From: Clostridia bacterium | Lineage (GTDB): Bacteria; Bacillota; Clostridia; UMGS1883 | Direction of reading: 5' to 3' | DNA length: 64,000 nucleotides | Assembly (NCBI GenBank): GCA_045636425.1 | Contig: JAZTXM010000003.1 | Location: 4,903-68,902 of the forward strand | Shown here: positions 9,001 through 15,580 of the stretch, one piece after another | Position numbering within the stretch: the stretch's first letter is position 1 | How the letters are laid out: every line of letters starts with the position of its first letter | Program-made: the position numbers and the translations under genes | Notes under the pieces: generated by a model | What the model saw: the letters and a program-made list of their open reading frames with translations, nothing else | Told to the model about the DNA's origin: nothing | Databases searched by the model: none

Positions 9001-10036
9001 TTATATAATTCACACCAATTCAGGCAGACCTAAGGAAATTGAGAAGTTTATAAGACTGCACCGCAGAGCACTTCAGTTAAGCATTGCATGTCTTACATCG
9101 CTTGATACTGCAAATGCACTTGCAGATATTCTTCTCAGCCGATTCAATCAGTATAATACAGAGCTTACGGATATTGCTAAGCTCCGCACAGAAAAGCTGA
9201 ACATTCCCTTTATCAAAATGCAGGGAACCGGCGATGACTATATATTCATCAATAACTTTGATGGAAACATTGCATTCCCCGAAGCACTTGCAATTGTATT
9301 CTCCGACCGCCGCAGAGGTATCGGTGCAGACGGACTTGTTCTTATCGAAAAATCCGATGTGGCAGATGCGAAAATGCGTATATTCAACACTGACGGCAGT
9401 GAGGGCAAAATGGCAGGTAACGCTATCCGTTGCGTAGGTAAATACCTTTGGGATAACGGCTATGTAACACACCGCCATATAGCAATTGAAACTGCAAGCG
9501 GTATAAGAAAGCTTACGCTTCACCTCTTCGACCACAAGGTTACAAGCGTAACCGTCCAGATGGGACAGGCACAGTTTAATCCCGCTCAGATTCCCGTGGA
9601 TATGCCCGGAGATAAAGTAATTAACGAAAAGGTTACAATCGGCGGTAAGAAGTACGATATTACGTGCGTATCTATCGGAAATCCCCACTGTGTTGTTATC
9701 TGCGATAATGTATATAACATTGATGTGGAAACAATCGGTCCGAGGTTTGAAAATGCACCTATATTCCCCGAAAGAATCAATACGGAATTTGTTAAGATTA
9801 TCGACAAGCGTACCATCAGAATGAGAGTATGGGAACGCGGTAACGGTGAAACTCCCGCCTGCGGTACAGGTGCTTGTGCGGCGGCTATTGCGGCAGTTGA
9901 AAACGGCTACTGTGAGAAGGACACCGACATTTCCGTAAGAGTTGAGGGCGGAGAGCTTATCGTACGCTATACAGACGAGGGAGTATTCTTAACCGGTGAT
10001 GCGGAGAAGGTATTTGAGGGAATTTATCAGTATTAA
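6032..10036 (+). CDS. carB: carbamoyl-phosphate synthase large subunit fused in frame to a C-terminal DapF-like (diaminopimelate epimerase fold) domain
   Basis: Start ATG 6032 has GGAGG 9 nt upstream. About 1040 aa of CarB (two ATP-grasp halves plus an MGS-like domain), then a linker. From nt 9197 a DapF-like domain follows (KMQGTGDDYIFIN ... GNPHCVV ... ERGNGETPACGTGACAAA). No stop or SD lies between the two parts. Confidence 0.88.
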   Translation: MPKNKDIKKVLVIGSGPIVIGQAAEFDYAGAQACRVLRDEGVNIVLVNSNPATIMTDKALADEIYLEPLTTDTIKRIIEKEKPDSLLASLGGQTGLTIAMQLDKEGYLDKMGVKLIGTNAEAIDRAEDRELFKETMLKIGQGCIPSDIATTVDECLSIAEKIGYPVIVRPAFTLGGAGGGVAYDADTLAKIANNGLTLSPITQVLIEKYIYGWKEVEFEVMRDHAGNAITICSMENVDPVGIHTGDSIVVAPAATLSDKEYSMLRKAALDIITELKIEGGCNCQFALNPDSFEYAVIEVNPRVSRSSALASKATGYPIAKVTTKIALGYTLDEIKNDVTGVTYACFEPAVDYMVVKFPKWPFDKFVYADRKLGTQMKATGEVMSIGNSFESALMKAVRGAELKTETLRHKEVQAIEDIEKKLYDLDDLRIFTVYEALVRGITVDRINEITRIDKWFLSKIKNIVDYEKSIVGNLTPELYEKGKKLGFTDKILEEISGEKVPCHKNCVYKMVDTCGGEFAAKTPYFYSTYDNECEARAVATNNKKVIVLGSGPIRIGQGIEFDYSSVHCVWALKEMGYEVIIINNNPETVSTDFDTADRLYFEPLTPEDVMNVIEVEKPEGVVVAFGGQTAIKLVKFLDESGIKILGTSAKSIDMAEDREQFDALLEKFNIKRPSGLTVMTRTEALEAAEKLGYPVLLRPSYVIGGQNMTIAYKEEDVERYMDIILSQKIENPVLVDKYMMGKELEVDVISDGKDVLIPGIMEHVERAGVHSGDSIAVYPPFNVTDKMLDKIVDCSIKLALSLKTQGLINIQYLVYENELYVIEVNPRASRTVPYISKVTGIPMVDLATQVMQGTPLLDLGYGSGLYKMPPYYAVKVPVFSFEKLSGINSILGPEMKSTGEVLGIGKTLNEALYKGLVSAGFNLESRGGVYISVDSKDKYDLIELAKKLYDAGLEIYADEMNALIIDSLGIPVETVEGEKIYSLLESEKIGYIIHTNSGRPKEIEKFIRLHRRALQLSIACLTSLDTANALADILLSRFNQYNTELTDIAKLRTEKLNIPFIKMQGTGDDYIFINNFDGNIAFPEALAIVFSDRRRGIGADGLVLIEKSDVADAKMRIFNTDGSEGKMAGNAIRCVGKYLWDNGYVTHRHIAIETASGIRKLTLHLFDHKVTSVTVQMGQAQFNPAQIPVDMPGDKVINEKVTIGGKKYDITCVSIGNPHCVVICDNVYNIDVETIGPRFENAPIFPERINTEFVKIIDKRTIRMRVWERGNGETPACGTGACAAAIAAVENGYCEKDTDISVRVEGGELIVRYTDEGVFLTGDAEKVFEGIYQY

Positions 10037-10040
10037 AAGC

Positions 10041-10268
10041 GGGATGTTAAAAATGCCCAGACCATTCGTTGGCGATTGATTATATTTTGAAAGAGCGTAT
10101 TTCTTTTAAAGATATGCTTATCGGTTGAAATCCGTACAACGGATTTCTGTTTTAGATGCCAACGAATTACGAACAAACTTCACCTCTCGCTGTATACACA
10201 TACAGCTTCGGGTAACCTGCGGCAAGCCGCAGTTCAGTTTGTCCGTTCTGAACATTTTTTCCTATCCC
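10041..10268 (+). repeat. structured interspersed element, copy 2
   Basis: Same arms and 3' domain as copy 1, but a different cassette. Inner helix 10064-10073/10158-10167. Begins 4 nt after the carB stop. Confidence 0.85.
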
Positions 10269-10295
10269 TTTGACGCCTAATTATTAGTTTGAAAA

Positions 10296-10381
10296 TGAAT
10301 ATTGGTGCATAAAATATAAATTTATGCACCAATATTCAAAATTTATGAATTTTTATGCAAAAACGCTTGCATAATTATACA
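10296..10381 (+). promoter_or_regulatory. candidate ArgR operator region (ARG-box-like sites)
   Basis: Two boxes, TGAATTTTTATGCA (10346-10359) and TGCATAATTATACA (10368-10381), are 22 bp apart centre to centre. An 18-bp perfect inverted repeat TGAATATTGGTGCATAAA / TTTATGCACCAATATTCA lies at 10296-10313/10321-10338. Confidence 0.45.
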
Positions 10382-10395
10382 TTTAATGTTATACT
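10367..10395 (+). promoter_or_regulatory. sigma-A type promoter of argG
   Basis: TTGCAT (10367-10372), 17-nt spacer, TGtTATACT extended -10 (10390-10395). The -35 overlaps ARG-box-like site 2. Confidence 0.5.
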
Positions 10396-10437
10396 GTTTT
10401 CATTGAAAGAATGAAAAGAAAAAAGGAGATTTTAAAA

Positions 10438-11658
10438 ATGGATAAGAAGGATATTAAAAAAGTAGTTCTCGCTTACAGCGGAGGACTTGACACATCAATC
10501 ATTATTCCGTGGCTTAAGGAAAACTACAACAACTGTGAGGTTATCGCCGTTGCAGGTAATGTAGGACAGAATGACGAGCTTGAAGGTCTTGAAGAAAAGG
10601 CTATAAAGACAGGGGCTTCCAAGCTTTACGTTCTTGACCTTACAGAGGAATATGTAGATGAATACATCATCCCCACTATGAAAGCAGGTGCAATTTACGA
10701 GGAATATCTTCTCGGAACAAGCCATGCTCGTCCCTGTATTGCAAAGGGTCTTGTAGATATTGCAATCAAGGAAAATGCAGATGCTATCTGCCATGGTTGC
10801 ACAGGTAAGGGTAACGACCAGGTGCGTTTTGAGCTTACAATAAAGCACTTTGCTCCTAATATGCCCATTATTGCCCCCTGGCGTATTTGGGATATTAAAT
10901 CCCGTGAAGAGGAAATTGAATATGCAGAGGCACACAATGTTCCTCTTAAGATTAACCGCGAAACAAACTACTCAAAGGATAAGAACCTCTGGCATCTTTC
11001 TCACGAGGGTCTTGACCTTGAAGATACAGGCAACGAGCCTCAGTACGAAAAGCCGGGCTTCCTTGAAATGGGCGTATCTCCCATCATGGCACCCGATGAG
11101 CCTACATATATCACTCTTGACTTTGAGCAGGGCATTCCTGTAGCATTCAATGACAAGAAGATGAGTGCAAAGGAAATCATTCTTGCCCTTAATGAAGTTG
11201 GCGGAAAGAATGGTATCGGACTTCTCGACATCGTTGAAAATCGTCTTGTAGGTATGAAATGCCGCGGCGTTTACGAAACTCCCGGCGGTGCAATCCTTTA
11301 CAAGGCACACAGCGTTCTTGAATCCATCTGCCTTGACAAGATGACACTTCACGAAAAGCAGAAGCTTTCTATCACATTTGCAGAGCTTGTTTATAACGGT
11401 CAGTGGTTTACTCCTCTCCGTGAGGCTCTCAGTGCATTTGTTGATAAGACTCAGGAAAAGGTTACAGGTAAGGTACGCCTTAAGCTTTACAAGGGTAATA
11501 TGATTAATGCAGGCGTATGGAGCGATTACAGCCTTTATTCAGAAGAAATCGCAACCTTTGGCGAAAGCGATTACAACCAGAAGGATTCCGAAGGCTTCAT
11601 TAACCTTTACGGTCTTCCCATTGCAGTACAGGCTATGGTTGATGCAAAGAATAAATAA
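10438..11658 (+). CDS. argG: argininosuccinate synthase
   Basis: [10 protein letters not shown]-type ATP-PPase motif. Start ATG 10438 has AAGGAG 8 nt upstream. The ORF-track start at 10411 lacks an SD. Confidence 0.92.
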   Translation: MDKKDIKKVVLAYSGGLDTSIIIPWLKENYNNCEVIAVAGNVGQNDELEGLEEKAIKTGASKLYVLDLTEEYVDEYIIPTMKAGAIYEEYLLGTSHARPCIAKGLVDIAIKENADAICHGCTGKGNDQVRFELTIKHFAPNMPIIAPWRIWDIKSREEEIEYAEAHNVPLKINRETNYSKDKNLWHLSHEGLDLEDTGNEPQYEKPGFLEMGVSPIMAPDEPTYITLDFEQGIPVAFNDKKMSAKEIILALNEVGGKNGIGLLDIVENRLVGMKCRGVYETPGGAILYKAHSVLESICLDKMTLHEKQKLSITFAELVYNGQWFTPLREALSAFVDKTQEKVTGKVRLKLYKGNMINAGVWSDYSLYSEEIATFGESDYNQKDSEGFINLYGLPIAVQAMVDAKNK

Positions 11659-11659
11659 C

Positions 11660-11900
11660 GGACGTATTAAAATAGCACTGAACGCATAAAGCATGAAGGC
11701 TCATATCATGGCAATTAGAAAGCGTAGATATTTGAGTTTAATCCCGTTTGTCGGGAAAAAATTCGCTCCACGAATTTTATTGACTTATCTGCTTTATGCT
11801 ACGAACAAACTTCACCTCTCGCTGTATACACATACAGCTTCGGGTAACCCACGGCAAGCCGTGGTTCAGTTTGTCCGTTCCGCACTATTTTACTACATCC
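11660..11900 (+). repeat. structured interspersed element, copy 3 (diverged arms)
   Basis: Arms GGACGTATTAAAATAGCACTGAAC / GTTCCGCACTATTTTACTACATCC still pair. Inner helix 11684-11693/11790-11799. The 3' domain is conserved. Begins 1 nt after the argG stop. Confidence 0.8.
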
Positions 11901-11904
11901 TCAC

Positions 11905-11951
11905 AAAAAAGTATGAAACTGTAGTAAAGAAATTTACTACAGTTTCATACT
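11905..11951 (-). terminator. 19-bp perfect hairpin; intrinsic-terminator-like only when read on the minus strand
   Basis: AGTATGAAACTGTAGTAAA-GAAA-TTTACTACAGTTTCATACT (11910-11951). An A-run lies at 11905-11910 on the + strand, which is a U-run after the stem on the - strand. No T-run follows on the + strand. Confidence 0.4.
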
Positions 11952-11974
11952 TAACAGACAATGGAGGTAAAAAT

Positions 11975-13345
11975 ATGGACAAGATGTGGGCAGGGCGTTT
12001 TTCAAAAGCCCTGGATAAAGAAGCTGATGATTTTAATTCATCCATACATTTTGACTGCAAAATGTACAGGCAGGATATAGAGGGCTCTATTGCCCATGCG
12101 ACTATGCTTGCCGAATGTAACATTATTTCCAAAAGCGACAGTGAAACAATAATTGCAGGACTTAAAGAAATTCTTGCTGACCTTGAGGGCGGAGCACTCG
12201 GCTTTGACTTTGATGCGGAAGATATACATATGTTTGTGGAGGCCGAGCTTACACGCCGTATTGGAGATGTGGGAAAAAGGCTTCATACCGCAAGAAGCCG
12301 TAACGACCAGGTGGCCTTAGATATCCGCCTTTACATGCGTGACGAGGCAAATGAGGTTATTTCCCTTATCCGGAAGCTTCTTGGTGCTATTCTTCTTCAG
12401 GCAGAAGCTAACAAGGAAACAATTCTCCCCGGCTACACGCATCTTCAGCGTGCACAGCCCATTATGTTTGCACATCATCTTTGTGCATATGCAATGATGT
12501 TTATCCGCGATATCGGAAGAATCGAGGACGCACTTAAGAGAATGAACCTCTCCCCCTTAGGCTCATGTGCCCTTGCGGGAACAACCTATGAAACAAACCG
12601 CGAAAGGACGGCAGAGCTTCTTGGCTTTGACGGAATTACCTTAAACAGCATCGACGGCGTTTCCGACCGTGACTTCTGCGTTGAGCTGATGAGTGCATTC
12701 GCACTTGTGATGACGCATCTTTCAAGATTCTCCGAGGAGGTTATTCTCTGGTCATCATGGGAATTCAAATTCGTGGAGCTTGACGATTCCTATACAACAG
12801 GCTCCTCCATTATGCCCCAGAAGAAGAATCCCGATATGGCAGAGCTTGTACGCGGTAAGACGGGCAGAGTATATGGCGATTTGATTGCAATGCTGACAAT
12901 ACTAAAGGGTATTCCCCTGGCATACAACAAGGATATGCAGGAGGATAAGGAAGCAATCTTTGACAGCGTGGAAACAGTTAAAAAGTGCCTCAGCATTTTT
13001 GCTCCCATGATTGCTACCATGTCTGTGCGTGCGGACAAAATGTACGCCGCAGCAGGTGAAGGCTTTATCAATGCCACAGACCTTGCCGACTATCTTGTAA
13101 AGAAAGGGCAGCCCTTCCGCAGTGCGTATAAGACAGTAGGGCAGATTGTGGGAAAGTGCGTCGCGGAAAAGAAAACTCTTGAAACGCTTACCCTCCCCGA
13201 ATATAAGGAATTTGATGAGCTTTTTGAGGAAGATTTATATGCAGAAATCGACCTTAAAAACTGCGTGGAAAAACGTATTTCCGCAGGTGGAACTTCTGTA
13301 GCATCAATTAATACACAGATTGAATATATAAAAAAATTTGTATAA
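11975..13345 (+). CDS. argH: argininosuccinate lyase
   Basis: MDKMWAGRFSK... is a typical ArgH N-terminus. GGAGGT SD at 11963-11968. 456 aa. The ORF-track start at 11693 reads through repeat copy 3. Confidence 0.92.
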   Translation: MDKMWAGRFSKALDKEADDFNSSIHFDCKMYRQDIEGSIAHATMLAECNIISKSDSETIIAGLKEILADLEGGALGFDFDAEDIHMFVEAELTRRIGDVGKRLHTARSRNDQVALDIRLYMRDEANEVISLIRKLLGAILLQAEANKETILPGYTHLQRAQPIMFAHHLCAYAMMFIRDIGRIEDALKRMNLSPLGSCALAGTTYETNRERTAELLGFDGITLNSIDGVSDRDFCVELMSAFALVMTHLSRFSEEVILWSSWEFKFVELDDSYTTGSSIMPQKKNPDMAELVRGKTGRVYGDLIAMLTILKGIPLAYNKDMQEDKEAIFDSVETVKKCLSIFAPMIATMSVRADKMYAAAGEGFINATDLADYLVKKGQPFRSAYKTVGQIVGKCVAEKKTLETLTLPEYKEFDELFEEDLYAEIDLKNCVEKRISAGGTSVASINTQIEYIKKFV

Positions 13346-13346
13346 C

Positions 13347-13383
13347 AAAAAATGTCAGGTTTGATTAAACCTGACATTTTTTT
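13347..13383. terminator. bidirectional rho-independent terminator (argH / convergent minus-strand operon)
   Basis: AAAAAATGTCAGGTTT-gatt-AAACCTGACATTTTTT. Confidence 0.85.
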
Positions 13384-13386
13384 GTG

Positions 13387-13950
13387 TTACAACACACCAT
13401 CGTATATGTGTTTTCGCTTTTTAAAGTATTTGAAATTTATAATGAACAGCAGAGAATGAACTACAATATGAATTGGAACTATAATATCTATTCCGCCGAT
13501 TGTGCTATATGTGGGTTCGTACACCATATTGATAAAATACATCATATTGGTCGTGATAAAGAGAAAATGGGTAGCATAGGTGAAACGAGGACCTATCTTT
13601 TTATAGGTAAGAAGTCCGTATATTGCCACAATTGAAGCAATCGCTTCAATCACTCCGCCAAAGCCCAAGAAGTTTTCCATAGACTCGATATATGAACCGA
13701 GATACCCGTACTTTCTCATATAATAAGCGGTTTCAAGATTCATCACCTTAATTCCGTCTATTGCCACCCACAGTGCGTCTATGGCAAGAAGAACACAGAA
13801 TATCTTTGCCCATAGTGTCGGAAGTGCAGGCTTTGAGAAATAACTCTCCACATTCAGTTCTGCTTCTAAATCTGCATTACACATTGGGCAGGCAGAAAGA
13901 TTACTGTTAAAAATCCCTGCACCGCATTTAGGACAAAATCGCATAATCAA
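13387..13950 (-). CDS. zinc-ribbon membrane protein, function unknown
   Basis: N-terminal CPKCG...CPMC zinc ribbon followed by several hydrophobic helices. Confidence 0.6.
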   Translation of the reverse strand: MIMRFCPKCGAGIFNSNLSACPMCNADLEAELNVESYFSKPALPTLWAKIFCVLLAIDALWVAIDGIKVMNLETAYYMRKYGYLGSYIESMENFLGFGGVIEAIASIVAIYGLLTYKKIGPRFTYATHFLFITTNMMYFINMVYEPTYSTIGGIDIIVPIHIVVHSLLFIINFKYFKKRKHIYDGVL

Positions 13951-14381
13951 TTCCCCCTGATAATTCTTTTCAGTTTTCTTATCACACGACCGGGAAAGCT
14001 TTTAGCTCTTCTCCATTTCAGGCTCTTAACGGTCTTTTCTGCGTATTTTAAGTATTCCCTATCCTCTATAGAAACGTATTTATCCCCCTGATAAAAGCCC
14101 TCAAGAACGCCTACAATATCGCTTTCACGCACATCTTTTTCTAAGGCTATACGATTATCACCGCAAATGATATATCCGTTCTTTTTTACCTTGACAATTC
14201 TGTGCATTGTGTAATGCCCCTGCTTTCTGTAGACGGGAATGTCATACTTTTTAAGAGGAAATTTGGGAGGAACTATTACCACCCTATCCCGTCCCTCTAC
14301 AAGCATAGGATTCATACTGTTCCCTTTGGTGAGGGTTACATATATTCCGTTCTGTTTTAAGCTTTCTTCAAGTCCTATCAT
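13947..14381 (-). CDS. S24/S26-family (LexA / signal-peptidase-like) serine peptidase homolog
   Basis: GNSMNPML Ser motif and HRIVKV Lys motif. 4-nt overlap with the downstream gene. Confidence 0.6.
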   Translation of the reverse strand: MIGLEESLKQNGIYVTLTKGNSMNPMLVEGRDRVVIVPPKFPLKKYDIPVYRKQGHYTMHRIVKVKKNGYIICGDNRIALEKDVRESDIVGVLEGFYQGDKYVSIEDREYLKYAEKTVKSLKWRRAKSFPGRVIRKLKRIIRGN

Positions 14382-15164
14382 TTATTCCAACTCCAATAAC
14401 TTTGCAGCATTAGTATAGAATATTTTCTCTTTTTCTTCTTCTGTTAGGTCAAGTGCTTCAATTCTGTCCGCTTCCGCCCTGAGAGAAACAGCAGGGTAAT
14501 CTGTGCCAAAAAGCACCTTATCAGCACCGTGTGCACGAATAAGCTCCACCATTTTCTCAGGAGATACCTCCCACATAGTGCTGGAGGTGTCAAACCACAC
14601 ATTTTTTCCCACAAGGCTTTTTGCATCGGTATCCCACACGCTGTAGCCGCCCATATGTGCCGCCACAAATTTGTGTTTGGGGAAAATATCCAGTACTCTT
14701 GAAAGGCGGACAGGATTTGAAAAATCCAAATTCTTATCCCCCACGTGGAGGACTATGGGATAATCCTCCCCTATCTGTTCATACATATAGAGTGCTTTAT
14801 CATCGTCAATATTAAACTGCTGAAAATCGGGGTGGAATTTAAACCCACGAAGCCCGTGGTTTTTTATACGCTGAATTTCATATGCTACATCTTCAAAATC
14901 AGGATGCACACTGCCGAAAACTATAAATCTTTCATCTCTTAAATCAAAGAGAAAGTCATTATTTATCGTTACCTGGGTAGGCTTTGTGGGGGTGGAAAAA
15001 ATAACGGCTTTGTAAAATCCCGATCTATCCATTTCCGCTTTCATATCGGTAAATGTCCCCAAACATTCCCATGGCATACCATAGTGTTTTTCAAGGTTTG
15101 CTATTGCAAGATGTGCAATCTTGGGGTTAAATATATGTGCATGAAAATCAATTATTTTTCTCAT
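14382..15164 (-). CDS. amidohydrolase-family metal-dependent hydrolase
   Basis: MRKIIDFHAHIF... HxH motif of TIM-barrel amidohydrolases. I prefer start ATG 15164. The ORF-track start at 15206 lies inside a hairpin. Confidence 0.7.
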   Translation of the reverse strand: MRKIIDFHAHIFNPKIAHLAIANLEKHYGMPWECLGTFTDMKAEMDRSGFYKAVIFSTPTKPTQVTINNDFLFDLRDERFIVFGSVHPDFEDVAYEIQRIKNHGLRGFKFHPDFQQFNIDDDKALYMYEQIGEDYPIVLHVGDKNLDFSNPVRLSRVLDIFPKHKFVAAHMGGYSVWDTDAKSLVGKNVWFDTSSTMWEVSPEKMVELIRAHGADKVLFGTDYPAVSLRAEADRIEALDLTEEEKEKIFYTNAAKLLELE

Positions 15165-15180
15165 CTTAAAACTTCTTTCT

Positions 15181-15217
15181 AAAAATATTGTTGCAGCGAA
15201 ATTCACTGCAACAATAT
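15181..15217 (-). terminator. hairpin plus U-run after the HIT gene
   Basis: ATATTGTTGCAG-9 nt-CTGCAACAATAT, with TTTTT following on the minus strand. Confidence 0.5.
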
Positions 15218-15226
15218 AAATCTACT

Positions 15227-15568
15227 TTAGCCGGGGGGCCACTGGAGGCTTCTTCCGCCGAGCATATGGAAATGAAGATGCTTCACTGTCTGTCCGCCGT
15301 CCTCACCGCAGTTATTCACGATGCGGTAGCCGCCCTCTGCAATACCTTCTTCCTTTGCGATCCTTGCCGCAACGGCGAATATATGACCTACTACTGAAGC
15401 ATTTTCCTCAGTAAGCTCATTTGCCGATGTAATATGCTCTTTGGGAATAATGAGAATATGCACGGGTGCCTGAGGCTCAATATCACGGAATGCGTATACT
15501 TTATCGTCTTCATACACCTTGCTTGAGGGAATTTCCCCATTTATTATTTTACAAAATAAGCAATCCAT
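15227..15568 (-). CDS. HIT-family (histidine triad) nucleotide hydrolase
   Basis: 113 aa with the HLHFHMLGG histidine triad. Confidence 0.9.
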   Translation of the reverse strand: MDCLFCKIINGEIPSSKVYEDDKVYAFRDIEPQAPVHILIIPKEHITSANELTEENASVVGHIFAVAARIAKEEGIAEGGYRIVNNCGEDGGQTVKHLHFHMLGGRSLQWPPG

Positions 15569-15580
15569 AATTACACTTCC

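Noticed and set aside
9218-10036. An independent dapF gene starting at ATG 9218.
   Set aside because: No SD is present. This Met lies inside the conserved first strand (KMxGxGND), so the product would be truncated. The frame is continuous with carB.
11693-11974. N-terminal 94-aa extension of the argH ORF in the ORF track.
   Set aside because: It reads straight through repeat copy 3 and the 19-bp hairpin, and it has no SD. A canonical ArgH N-terminus (MDKMWAGRF) with a GGAGGT SD starts at 11975.
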